Notes: generated by a model not told the origin, from the sequence alone. A stretch of 40,539 nt of DNA from Reclinomonas americana ATCC 50394 (GCA_048213135.1 PS015025.1:89170-129708), one strand, 5' to 3'; positions 1-12,682 are shown, counted from the stretch's first letter. Made by a program: numbers and translations.

Positions 1-48
1 TGTGTGAGATTTGCGGCGTTGCTTATGCGATTTATTGCATCTGTGTAG

Positions 49-1875
49 CCTCCATCTCCACGCTGGTTCCGAGCTCGATTCTCGCCGGCGTGGGTGTCAC
101 CCACCAACTCAGTGTATCCGGTGCAGGCTTGCTGCCACCGGGCATGCGCACCGGTGCGACAGACCCAGTGGCGTTGGTGGTCGACAGTGCCTCCAACCCC
201 ACATGTACCAATGCTGCCACGTCGACCGTGCGCTACACGACCACTCTGTCGTCCGCGAGCACGGCGCAGCTTGTGTTCGGATTCAACGCCACCGGGGTTG
301 CCGCAGGCGTGTACAGAGTGTGCTTGCGACTGTGGCCTACGCTTGGCTACGTGGACGCGGGCACACTCGGCATTTTTGTTGTCTCAGGCATCGTGCCCAC
401 TTCATACCGGCTGCCAGCAGCCAGTCTATTACTCTGAGCGGAACTGGATTTGGCGGAACTCTCATCGCCTTTGTGACGACCGATAACGCGTGCACTGCGT
501 CAACCACTGTTGGCGTCACAGTCGGGGCCTTGACGTCGACATCGGCCGTTCTCACGATCGACGCTTCTGGCCAGTCTGGAGCCGTCTACTACCTGTGCAC
601 GCAGATTCCCAACCAGCCGCCATCGCTGTTGTCGCCCCTCGGAGTCTTCACCACGGTTGGTATCGTCGGCAATCCGGCGATGCTCGTGCGGTACTCGACG
701 CCGGCATCGTTGACGGTCACTGGCGGCGGTGGCTACGTCGGCTCCACGGGAAGCACGGCATTCGTCCTGCGCAGTGTCTGTAGCACGGGTCCAGATATAT
801 CCGGGCTGACGCCGACATCCATCACCAGCAATTCTGTTGCGTTGAATGTGCCGTCACTGGCGGCCTCCACCGCCGCAGGCGTTGTTCAAATCTGTGCTGC
901 TTGGGGAACGGGAGCCGCCTACACAACGGTTGGCACTGTGGAAATCGGTAAGCTCGATGGTTGTTGTGCGCTCTGACACGATCACCAATGCCCGCTGACG
1001 CTGCTGCGCATGTCGCTCTGTAGGACCTACAAGCTCTGCCTTTTCACCTGCTGTCATCAACATTTCAGGCTCGGGTGCCGTATTTTCGATTACTGGACGA
1101 GCGCTGAGCGTGTCAGATGTGGTGCGCCTGCAGGTCAACTCGACAATGTGTGCCGCCAGTGGCGGCAGCTACCCGGTCATGGTCAACGTGAGCCTTTCGA
1201 CAGTCTCTGGGTTCACCAACGTACTGTCGGTGACGGCCAGCGGTGCCACAATCGCGCCTGTCAACGCAGGCTACTGTGCCGTGTGTATCCAGTTCGGTGG
1301 CTCCGGTTCCTTTTGGCAAGTTGGGTCGACGCAACTGGCTGTGGCGACGGCCACTGCTCTGGATCCGCCAGCCATGGCACCGCTTACAGGTCGCGTGATC
1401 CAGCTCACTGGTACCGCCATGCCAGACGTCAGCGGCGACAGCACGGCCGTCGTCCTTACGGCGGCGGCCAGTTGTGCGGGCACTCCCGCGAGCGTTGTGT
1501 CGCTTACGAGCGTGCGAACAAGCGACACGTTGATAGTGCTTACAATCGACGCTGGCGCAAGTGCTTCCGGCACTTATTTGGTGTGCGTCCGTTGGCTGCC
1601 AACCAGTCTGTACTCGCTAGCCAGCAGCGCCGCTGCGGCGATCAACGTCGGTGAGTTTTGCAAGAGCATGTGGAAATTTGATGTCTCTGCATGCACTGAC
1701 CGCCACTTTGCGCTCCGCAGCGTCGTGGACTTCGACGATACCACGTGCTATCTCTCCAGTGTCAACCCCGACACAAGTGTTGCTCGTCAGCGGCACTGCG
1801 CTCGTGGTGGTGAGCGGTGATGCCGCGGCGTTTAAAATTGCTTCTTCGTGCGCGTCGGCAGCCGCGTCGGCGTCG
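49..1875 (+). CDS. Partial surface protein made of tandem ~110-aa Cys-paired Ig/IPT-like repeats; probably the C-terminal continuation of the minus-strand NHL gene on an inverted contig
   Basis: Exons 49-947, 1024-1650 and 1721-1875 with GT-AG ends. The repeat pattern P..I......L.L.G.G...SC....G.Y.(V/L)C(V/L/I)R(W) matches the C-terminal part of the minus-strand gene. There is an apparent 1-nt frameshift near 403, and the reading frame runs into an N gap without a stop. Confidence 0.75.
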
Positions 1876-1923
1876 NNNNNNNNNNNNNNNNNNNNCAGTG
1901 TACGCCATGCGCAAGATCCTCAC

Positions 1924-4900
1924 CAACAGTCAGGCCGGCTGCAATTACATCCTCGTAGGCGACACCGGACGATGCCGCACGCACGCAGACACGGTACACT
2001 CCGCCAGCCAGCATCGAGCCAGGAGTCACAGTCACACTCATTGCAGTGGAGCCAGTGACGCTATCGACAGTGCCGCCTACTCCTGCAGTCGTGTCGCTGC
2101 TCGAACTGCAAGAGCCACTGGTGAGAACCAGGGCTCGGGTCACAGTCTGCAGCGATGAGATGAATCCGGTGCCAGCGAGCTGCAGCTGCGTGCCGGTCCC
2201 TGCTGGGATGAGTGGAGGGCTAATGCTTGACACAGTGGCCAGCGAAAGAGAACTAGCACTCTCGTAGGTGGCGGCACTAGGCGACCAGCGAATACCTGCG
2301 GTATGCAGTCTGTCAGAGCACAGAGAATAGGAGGCATGTGACGATACGAAAAAAACGCAACAAAGTTGATAGATGCCGGCAGGTGTGGTGGCGGACGAGG
2401 TCACAACGTCCACGGAAAGTGTCTGCGCGTCGATAAACTGCAGCGACTGTGTCGAAGTGGACATGACAGCCACCGGCGACATGGCGGCACACGAGGCAGA
2501 CAGCACGAAAAGCGCGCTATCGCCCACCAACGAGGAGATAAAACCGCCGCCCGTCACCAGAATCGTGTGGCTGTGGTGGATGTGGGAAGAACGAAGTGAG
2601 GTCCGTGGGCTCACCATCACGCGAAGAGGATTTCATCTTACATGTTGCTGGCGGCAATGAATATGATTGCTGGTTGTACTGCGGTGGCTCGAGCGACGTT
2701 GACAACGCCGAGAGGACCAGGGCTAGCCGACGAACTCCAGCGTATGCTGCGACATGGTTTCGGTTGGTCATGCACCGCGATCTCTCCACACACGAACACA
2801 GTAGACACGAACCACAGAGTGTAGGCTCCCGACGGAATGTTCCTCGTGTCAATCGTCACCGTGATTCTGGAAGCGCTGACGTATGTGCCACTGATTGGAG
2901 CGCTAGATGCCTGCGCGACACTCTCCTGGCACCCAAAGCTAAGTGCACTGCTGTCGGTGGCCAGCGCATTGACGAACTGTGTCCCGTTGATGGTCACCGT
3001 AGCCGACGCGGTGGACCCCACCACCACCGGCGTGAGGCTGAATGAGGGTATGACAATCGATGCCACGACACTCCAGCTTGTGCACGCAAACGTCGGTCTG
3101 CAGCAAGAGTGAGAGGATTGATGTTTTTTTTAGTCGCAAGAGTCAGCAACGGTGGAGACTGAGAGACACTCGCCTGACACAAAGCGTGTAGCTGCCCGTC
3201 GCACTCGTCGACGAGTTGAATGTAAGAGTTATAGACGTGCTTGTCGAAGCGGAGATGGTGATCGGTATGGAAGACGCGGCGGCGGCACACGTCGACCCAC
3301 TGGAGAGGGCAAAGGCCTGCGTATCCGCAGACAAGCTCGGCAACGACGTGCCTGTGACGGAGATTGTTTCGCCGACACGCCGATGCAGCGCAAGAGGTGC
3401 AACAAGGGTCACCGCGGCTACCATCGCGATGGGTATGTAAATGAGTGCGCGCAATGCGACGCGGAATTCACGTGCGACAGGAACGCACCTGCCGCTTGAA
3501 CCGGGCCAGCATCGTAGTACGGCGACGAAGCTGACATGCGACCGCAAACTCGATATGTGACCGACGGCATCAACGTGGAGCCATTGATCGAGGCCAGTAC
3601 CTGCGTGTTGGATACCACGGTAGTCGCTAGCGAGAAGGCCACCGTGAAGCTGCAAACAAAAAGTTGTCTGTGAATGTCGGAATGAAGGAAACACGCAAAA
3701 AGCCAGTGACCTCACCCTGTGGCACACGAGGTGGCACTCAGAACGACCGCTTGAGCATCGGTGGAGGTGTTTTGCGAGCTGTCGGTTCGTGTCAATGACA
3801 GACACTGCCCAGCCAGCTGAAAAATGGTAGAGGGTGTGGAGGCAGTGAAAGTGGCCTCGGCCACAAAGGTACGCAAGGTGCCGTACTGAACGGTAAGGCC
3901 AANNNNNNNNNNNNNNNNNNNNCGGTGGCCACCACACGGAAAAAGTAGGTACCGCGAAGGGTAAGCCCCGATGCGAATGCCGACACGGTGGTTGGGCCGG
4001 TGCCGCCCACAGTGACCGGCGATGCGGTAATTGATGTCGCAGTGGGTGTCGTGAGCGTGCGAAGTGTGTGGTTACTCTGGTCGGTGATGTACAGAATGGC
4101 ACTGGAGGGGTCAAACATGATGCCGTACTGCGCGACGCATAGACACTGTGTCGTGAGAGTCGTGCATCGTCAGTCGGAACGGCGAGAAGAAACAAACCGG
4201 GTTGTTGAACCGAGCTGCCACCGAGGCACCGTCCACCGAGTCGCCCGCAGACGTGGACGGCAGACCCGCAATGGTAGTGATAACGCCCGTGGGGGAAACG
4301 GCGCGAATGCTGTTTGAGTTTTGCTGCGCACATCACCAGAAAAAGACGTGAGAACAACGCGACTGAAGAGAGTGCAGGGAATGACAGGAAGCGCAACATC
4401 GGCCACGTATAGAATGCCGCGCGACGCGTCCAGGCTAGCTGATGTGGGATTCCGCAGCTTGCCAACTCCCAAGGCACCATCCGTAATTCCACTCGTGCCT
4501 TTCGTACCGGCAAAGGTTGACACAGTCATCGTGGAGGTGACAATCTTTCGAATGCAGTTGTTGCCTCGGTCGACAACGTAAATCACCGAATTGGCCTGGT
4601 CAAGTACGGCGTGGTAGGGGCCGTTGAACTTGGCAACCCCCGGTCCGCCGTCTGTTGAACCACTCGATGCCGTGCCCGAACCAAACAGTGTAGTAATGGT
4701 GCTGCTGGCCGTNNNNNNNNNNNNNNNNNNNNNNNNNNNNNNNNNNNNNNNNNNNNNNNNNNNCGCAGTTCCAGTACTGGGAGAAGGAAGTACATGGAGT
4801 GACATACACCTGTCAGCAACAAGAAGGGAAGAAATGCGTGGTCCACAGCAGCCAGCAAGGACGCAACCGAATGGCGTGATTGCCGGCGTCGGCAATGTAC

Positions 4901-7900
4901 AGTGTCTGGCTTGTCGGGTCCACATACACGCCGCGAGGTTGGTTGAACGCCGCAACACTCCCTGTGCCGTCAGCCCACAACGGGGTGCCCGATTGTCCGG
5001 CAATGGTGGTCACCACACCACCGCTATCAATGCGACGCAGTGCATGGCTCAACGTCTGTCAGTAACGCCACACACAGTATCAGCAAGTGTTTCTCCGCAT
5101 GCATAAAGTCGCGTGAGCGCATTGCACTTACATCGGCGACGTAAAGAAAGTTGGCGGAAGTGTCAAACGACACGGATGCCGGTCTGCATCGAGGAGTGAG
5201 AAAAAAACAAGGTGGAAGCGATACCGCGAGCCATGCCGCCACCAACTCACGAATTGAATCGAGCTGCACTGCCAGTGCCGTCTTGGTAGCCGCGCAGACC
5301 GGCCGTGCCGGCAAAAGTGGTTACTGCGAACGTGCTGAGCACAACTCGTCGAATGGTGTTGTACCTGTCCATGTTGCAAGCAAGCAACCAAAAAAAGAAG
5401 GAACGCTGTCAGCAGCTGGTCAACACGGATGAGTGGCGTGATGAGGGCGACCACACTCACGAGGTGTCCGCAATGTATGCGTTGCCGGCGCCGTCGAGCG
5501 TGATGCCCTGCGGGTTGTTGAAGCGAGCAGCAAGGCCGGTTCCATTGGCTGAACCCTGCACGGTGGCAAGGCCGGCGACTGTAGTCACACTCCACACAAA
5601 TGCCGGCATGGTGGTGGCGTACTCCATAGTGATTGATGCTGTGCCTACGCCGCTGGCGTCGACGGTTCCCATCATGGTGGCGGCACTGTCGGCAGTGACT
5701 GCGGAGCCGGTGGACGCCAGCTGAGGTGCACTGGTCATGGTGGTGAAGCCGAACACGTTGCCGACAATGGGCACGGCAGATGAGGTGGCCACAGCACGGT
5801 AGTAGTAAATGGTGTTCGACGTCAAGCCGGTGACTGCGGCAGATACCAGCGAGCTCGAAGAGCCAGTGAGTACACTCGGCGATGTGGCAACGACGCTCGC
5901 CTGCGGAGCCGTCATCTTTCGGATTACGTTATTGAGGCTGCGCGCAGAATGAGAACAGAAGCGCAGACCCTGTCGAGCTCAATGGTACACACCTGTCGGC
6001 GACATACACATCACCGCCGGCGTTCACCGCCACACCAAGCGGATAGAAGAAGCGCACAGCGGCGCCCGTACCGTCCGTATAACCAGGTCCATTGGAGCCA
6101 CCGGCGTATGTGGTCGTGACACCGGCAGCAGTGGTCACACGTCGGATTCCTTGATTATTGAAGTCACCGATAAAGAGTGCGTCCTCGGTGGGCGTCAGCG
6201 CGATGCCTACGAGAAAGTTGAATCGTGCCGCAGTACCGGTGGCGTCGGTATTTCCGCCCGCAGTGCTGCCCGCAAGCGTCGTCACCACACCGGCCGATGT
6301 AATGGCTCGAATGAGACGGTTCTGGGTGTCGGCCACATACACCGTGCCGGAGGACGCGACACAAATGCCCGAGGGCCCTGGAGGCAGTCGCGTATGAGAT
6401 AAAGACCGTGAGCGATGAGTGGCAACACGACAAAAACCATTAAAGGTGGCCGCAGTGCCGGTGCCGTTGGCGGAGCCGGAGGTGCCCGTCGCATTGCCGG
6501 CAAACGTCGACACGGCGCCGGTGGCCACGACCACTTTTCGAATGGTGTTCGAGTCCGTGTCCGCAATGTACAAATTGGTAACAGTTGAATCGGCATCCAC
6601 GTCACCGGGGTTCTTGAGGATGCCTGGTGTTCCACTGCCGATGCCGTAGGAGCCAGCGGTACCGACTACGGTGCTTACAATCGCCGTCGATGTGACCTGT
6701 CAGCATGGTGAGAAGACTGCAAGTCGTTGATAGAGCGCACGATGCACGCAATGCACCTTGCGAATCGTGTTGGAACCCGAGTCGGCCACCCACAATGTAT
6801 CCGTGGAATCAATACCAAGACCACGCGGTCCATTAAGCTGCGCCGCAGTGCCGGTGCCATCAGCAGTGCCGCTGACGCCAACCTGACCGGCAAAGGTGCT
6901 GGTGACTCCGCCGGAGGTCACTCGCCGAATGAGATGATTGCCGGTCTGTGTGCAAAGTATTGGTTGACGTCCAGTGAGAAAATGTAAAAAATGCAAAGGG
7001 GGAAACTACTGCTGCAGCGCAACATCGGCCACAAAGATATTGCCAGTGGAATCCACCACGACATCATTCGGGGTGTTGAAGCGCGCCGTGCTACCGTCCG
7101 TGGTACCAGCGTTGCTGACGGAGCCGGCAAACGTCGACACGGTGGAAGTGGAAAGCACGATCTTGCGGATAGCATTGTTGGTGCTGTCGGCCACATACAG
7201 CAGACCGGCCTTGTCGGAGCGCAAGCCTCGAGGATAGTAGAAGCGAGACGCGGTGCCGACACCGTCAGCGTTGCCCGAGTAGCCAGAGCGGCCTACACAC
7301 GGAGAGGGAGAGAGAGGGAGGGAGAGGGAGGGAAGGAGAGAGGACGCATGAAAACAAAGACTATAACTGATGCGGCGAAAGCCAACAGAGAGACGCAACC
7401 GCAAATGGTCGTGACTGTGTATGGCGCGGTCGTGGAGACACGGCGAATAATGTGATTGTTCTGGTCCGTGACGTAGAAGAAACCGGCGCCGTCGAGCGCA
7501 CCACCAGCAGGATTGGTGAATGTTGCAGCAAGGCCATTGCCGTCGTTGCTTGACGCTGCTCCCGAACCGGCAACCGTGGTCACCGTACCTCCGGGAATCG
7601 TCATCTATGGAAGCGCAGTGCGGTGAACGACAGCACACTTGTGGGTGCGAATACCAGAGAGATGATGACCGCAACTGTTCGGACGGTGCGGTTATTGTTG
7701 TCGACCAGCCACGCAAGGCCATTGGCCGAGTCGATAGAGATGCCCCAAGGCTACGCACGCAGCATGTATTCAGCTTGCGATAGACTCACCAGCGACGGCG
7801 CGACAAAGGAACACGCACCGAACTCAGTCGCGCCACACTGCCTGTTCCGTCGACATTGCCGGGGGTGCCTGCCGATCCCGCAATGGTCGTCACCACGGCA

Positions 7901-8701
7901 CCGGGCACCGTGACGCGGCGGATGATGGAGTTGTCGGTCTGTGTTGGTGTGCAGTCGTCAGCGAGAACAGCAACGAACTGAGCTGTGCATCGTCGTCCAT
8001 CACGCAACATCGCACACATACAACGACGAAGTGACACTGTCGTAGTCGATGCCGGCGGGATTCTGCAGCGGAGTGTGAGGAGAACAGAGACGGGTTCTCG
8101 CCAAGAAGAAGATGTGCGCGCGAGTGCACCTGGAACCTGGCGGCCGAGCCCGTGCCATCCACACTTCCGGAGGAGGCACAGGTGCCAGCAAATGTGGTCA
8201 CCGCGCCGCCGGGAGTCGTGACGCGCCGAATGCAGTGATTGGAGCCCTGGAGAGGGAGGAGGGAGAAGGAGGGAGGGGATAGGGAGGTAGAGGGGAAAGG
8301 GTACAGAGAAGAAGAAGGGTAAGGGTGCGTGGGAAGGCCACGGGAGAGAGAGAGAGAGGAGGGAGAGTGGAGAGAGCAGAAGTGTGAGGTAAGAAGTGAG
8401 GGGGATGGCAAGCACGAGTGACACGCGGATGGCAGAGTCCAGGGGAGAGAGACGATTGTACAGAGCAAACGGGGGAGAGGAGCAACACAGGAGTGGGAGG
8501 AGACAAGTGAGGGGGATGACAAGCACGAGTGATATGCGGAGTGGCAGAGTGCAAGGGCAAGAGAGAGAGAGGGGGGTGGGAACAGACAATTGAGGGGGAA
8601 TGCAAGCACGAATGCAACGTGGAGTCACAGAGTGCAGAGGAGAGAGAGAGAGAGAGAGAAGTGAGGAGAATGACAGAATGGAATGCGGAGCCACAGGGTG
8701 C

Positions 8702-8736
<35 letters not shown>

Positions 8737-9848
8737 GAGGACAAGAATAGCAGACGAACGGTATGNNNNNNNNNNNNNNNNNNNNNNNNNNNNNNNNNNN
8801 NNNNNNNNNNNNNNNNNNNNNNNNNNNNNNNNNNNNNNNNNNNNNNNNNNNNNNNNNNNNNNNNNNNNNNNNNNNNNNNNNNNNNNNNNNNNNNNNNNNN
8901 NNNNNNNNNNNNNNNNNNNNNNNNNNNNNNNNNNNNNNNNNNNNNNNNNNNNNNNNNNNNNNNNNNNNNNNNNNNNNNNNNNNNNNNNNNNNNNNNNNNN
9001 NNNNNNNNNNNNNNNNNNNNNNNNNNNNNNNNNNNNNNNNNNNNNNNNNNNNNNNNNNNNNNNNNNNNNNNNNNNNNNNNNNNNNNNNNNNNNNNNNNNN
9101 NNNNNNNNNNNNNNGCAGTGAGCGACGGACGACATGAAACGGACGGGGAGAGAGACAGCGATCCCCCCGCACCTGTGCCTGTGCCATCTGCTGTGCCGCT
9201 GCTGCCGACGTTGCCCGCGAGCGCCGTCACAACAGCGGCGGGTGAGATTACACTGTGCGTGAACGCCATTGACACCAAGAGGTCAGCTTTCGGAGAAGCA
9301 AGCGGCGAGGGAGTGAGACACACACCGAATAACATGATTAGCTCTGAGGGGGTTAGGAAGCGTGAGTGGCCGACAGAGACAGCGAGAACAAGCGACGACG
9401 AACGGACGAAGGACACGCACCGATCGGCGACATACACGTTGCCAAGCGAGTCGACGGCCACGCCGTAGGGACCGCTGAACTTGGCCGCGGTTCCCGTGCC
9501 CAGTGTGGAGCCCGCCGCCGGTGGTGTGCCCGCCATCAACGACGAGTACGAGTAGAATGTGGTCTGCGAGGTGCCATACTGTACCGTCACCGTGGTCGAC
9601 GGCGTGTCGTTGGCACTCGCGAGTGCACTCATCGTGGCTCCGTTGACGAGGATCTCACTGGGTGGCGCGGTGCCGATGGTCTGTGCGGCGTCGGTGCTCC
9701 GTGGCATCAGCACGATCAGCAGGAGGAGCGCGCAGAGAGCGAGCGCGCTGGAGGCATCGCGAAGTAATCTGCGTTGGTGTGACGGGGGTGAGGAGGAGGG
9801 GGAAAGGGTGGGGAGAGTGGGGAGAGAAGAGAGATAGCGCACACGCAT
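1924..9848 (-). CDS. Giant secreted/surface protein: signal peptide, many NHL (beta-propeller) repeats with FN3-like inserts, then Ig/IPT-like repeats (3' partial)
   Basis: ATG at 9848 followed by hydrophobic ALALCALLLLIVL. After removing about 20 introns there are repeated NHL motifs of the type AARFNxPxGIAVDxxGNLYVADxxNHxIRK(V/I) and FN3-like segments (LTSNTIYYYRAVAT, LTLRGTYFFRVVAT). The gene crosses three N gaps and ends in an intron at the 1876-1895 gap. Confidence 0.85.
8398..8633. repeat. Three degenerate ~41-bp direct repeats in a purine-rich intron
   Basis: Variants of gaggggatggcaagcacgagtgacacgcggatggcagagt at about 8398, 8509 and 8592. Confidence 0.65.
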
Positions 9849-10979
9849 TGCATTCGCGATTGCATCAGATCTGGACGACACACTCTCTGCGTTGTGTGTG
9901 TGTGCGTCGCGCTCTTCGCTGACTCTGTGGCTGTCTTACCTAAAGAAGCGCAAGGCCAGGCGAAGCATCGTCGTTGATCGGAGTGTTGTGTGTGTGTGTG
10001 TCTGTCTGTCTGCAAACTGTGCCGAGGTGATTGGCGAGCACGCTGCGCAGAGAGAAGCGTGGAGCGCTGATGACGGCAAAGAGCGAGGAGGGGGCAGACA
10101 ACACGAGGTACGCGCGACACGGAGCGAGACAATAAAATGGACGGAGCTGCTGATGCATCAATAATTAGACAATATCGTCGTCCATCGATTTGACACTTCT
10201 TTGAAACCACGAGGAAGTTCGGAGGGTGGACTGGGCTCCGGGTGCACGTTGTGGAGGAAAGGCTGCTGGCAAGCCCGGGAGGGAGGTGAACTGGAAAGGA
10301 AAAAATGCTTGCGTTCGAATTCTCGAGCTTGGTCATGTGTGGCATTGCATTGGGTGTTCGGAGGCGTGGATGGTGAATATTAGCGAAAGGGGAGGGGGAT
10401 CCCTAGTGGTCGGTCAGGCTCTTTCCTTCGAATCCGCGAAGGAAAAGTTCAACAGCGCTGCAATGGTGATCGTTGCTGAGCTCGAGCTGCTGCAAAACCT
10501 CAGCGCTGCGGTCCGAGCTCGAGATTGAACCGACTGAGCAAGTACACAACGACCAAGCAGTGATCGGTATTCTTAAACATTCGTATGCAGCTGGAACTGG
10601 TCTGCAAAGTCGCACCTGCGAGCCCCGGGCCCATCGAAGGTCGATTTCCGATAGCAGTTGCGTACGCGTGCATACATGCTCAAGCCTCTGCCATCTGACC
10701 TGGGTGGGGAATGTGTGTTGCAGTTTCAGATATGCTTGGTTTTCGTCGAGCACATGCAACGTTAACGTCGGTATCGACCGAGCTCGAAGTTGAATTGCAG
10801 CGAAGTTCCCGGTCCGAGAACGCAGCGATCGCAAGGGCCTTCACAGAAACCTCCCCCCAGCCGGACAGATATGTGTTTTGTTGGCGCCCGGATATGCCAA
10901 GGTGCGCTGGTCAAGGCGGGCAGGAGACACGCCTACTCGGACAAACGGGACAACTCTTTCGCACCACCTGCGCGCGACC

Positions 10980-12010
10980 ATGCTCCTCCTTCGTCGCCTC
11001 TTCTCAAGCTCTTCACTCAGTCAGCTAAAGCGCCTGCCGAAGCGTGGCAGCAACGCGGACAGGCAGGTGTGTGTGTGTGTGTGTGCGTCTCCCGCTTTCC
11101 TCCGCCCAGTCACTCTCACTCTCTCCCGCGCGCAGCAAGTGTACACCATCCTCGATGAGGGCCCTCTGCTATGCACGGTTCTCCGCTGCACACACACGCA
11201 TTGCCACTCGCTGCTCATCTCGTTTGCAGGTTGCCGTGATTGTCGATGGCCACCCAGTGATCACGTTGCGTGCATGCATGCACACACTGCGAGCGTGTGC
11301 ACGCGTGCTCGAGTCTCACCTCTCGCGTGTTTCTCCTGCTGCAGGCCGACGCTCTTTGCACGCGATGGCGATAGCATTCTCCTTCACGGTACAGTCAACG
11401 CGCCCAGTCTCGGTGTGGTGTGCGCATTTAGCACGCTCATTGTTCAGCAGGTCATGCCGCCTCTCGCACCCTCCGCGCGGTGGCCAGTGGCGCTCCGACG
11501 TGCATCAACGTGGCCGCCACCGACGGTCTGGTGCTGGCGCGCGCGCTCTTCCACCACAGTGTCAACTATCGCTCGGCGACCGTGTTTGGCACGGGCGAGG
11601 AGATCAAGGAGGCGGAGGCCAAGATGCGAGCTCTCACTCTCATCAGCGACCGCGTGGTGCCGGGTCGCTGGGAGCGTGCGCGACTGCCGAATGAGTTGCG
11701 CTCTCCTCGTCGTCGTGCCTTGCTTTCTTTCTTTCTTTCGATCTCACTGTGGTGCAGCGCCGAAATGCACCTGACGTCTGTGGTGCGTCTGCACATTCAC
11801 GAGGCTTCGTACAAGTGCCGCGCGGGTGTGCCGGGCGACGACAAGGTCGACATTGGTGCCGATGCGTGGGACAAGGCGTGGAGTGGCGTGATCCCGTTGG
11901 CCAACGAGGTGCCGGGTGCGGTGGAACTCGATCCGACCATGTCGGCGCAGCATGCAAAGACGCCGGACTACATTGCGCAGTGGTTGCCGCCGTACCGTCG
12001 TAATAAGTAA
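10980..12010 (+). CDS. Pyridoxamine 5'-phosphate oxidase-like flavin-nucleotide-binding protein (NimA-related split barrel) with a putative mitochondrial presequence
   Basis: Spliced product: MLLLRRLFSSSS..KRLPKRG..VYTILDEG.LCTVA..P.ITPTLFARDGD.ILLHG..DGLVLARALFHHSVNYRSATVFG..VVPGRWERARLPN..WSGVIP. Five introns; TAA stop. Confidence 0.85.
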
Positions 12011-12111
12011 TTTACAGCAAGTCCTCCTCCTTCATTCCTCTCCATTGATACTGCACACTAGTGCGCGTGGGCGGAGAACAAAGGGTAGGCAAGCAGCAGC
12101 AGGGGTGTCGA

Positions 12112-12189
12112 TCATATGCGCTTGGAGAGCCAGATGGCCACGGAGCAGCCGGCGGAGATGGCGCCCGAGATTAATGCGTTGGCCGGTGC
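12112..12189 (-). CDS. COQ7: COQ7 C-terminal exon
   Basis: After a cag acceptor it reads APANALISGAISAGCSVAIWLSKRI*, matching the COQ7 C-terminal AP....I.AGC..AI.LS.R(I/L) signature. Confidence 0.8.
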   Translation of the reverse strand, partial: APANALISGAISAGCSVAIWLSKRI

Positions 12190-12346
12190 CTGCGTGCGGA
12201 GGGATGAGATGCGACGAGAGGGAAGGAGGGAGGGAGGGAGGGAGGGNNNNNNNNNNNNNNNNNNNNGGAAACGAAGAGATTGCAAAGTGAGTGAACACAT
12301 CATCATGACGCTCTCTGTCTCACTTCTCTCTCTTGTGTGCATACAG

Positions 12347-12682
12347 CCTTCACTTGGTGTCGACGAGGACATTCCGCGGGATCCGCGCACGTTGGGAGCG
12401 AACCCGCACAAGCCGGAGCTGGTGTCTCCGCCGGAGACATATGCGGGTGAGGAGGTGCAGCCGCGTGTGGCGACGCAGGTGCAGGATCAGGGACCGCTGT
12501 GGAGCGGGCGTGAGCGGCAGGTGTACGAGCAGATGATTCGAGTGGATCACGCGGGAGAGTACGGTGCGGTGCGCATCTGTGAGGGACAGCTGGCGGTGTT
12601 GAGAGTGACGGATCCGGAGGCGGCGCGCGTGGTGGAGGAGATTGCGGCGCAAGAGAGGGAGCATCTGCGGACGTTTGAGAAG
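12347..12682 (+). CDS. COQ7: COQ7 (5-demethoxyubiquinone hydroxylase) internal exon, on the opposite strand to its C-terminal exon
   Basis: Diiron motifs MIRVDHAGEYGAVRICEGQLAVL...QEREHLRTFEK, bounded by cag and gtgagg. Confidence 0.9.

Noticed and set aside
10403-10834. 143-aa minus-strand ORF in the divergent intergenic region
   Set aside because: No recognisable domain, splice pattern or transposon hallmark; it cannot be supported without a database search.
12116-12246. Plus-strand ORF MRLESQMATEQ.. as the COQ7 N-terminus
   Set aside because: It is the antisense of the recognisable COQ7 C-terminal exon.
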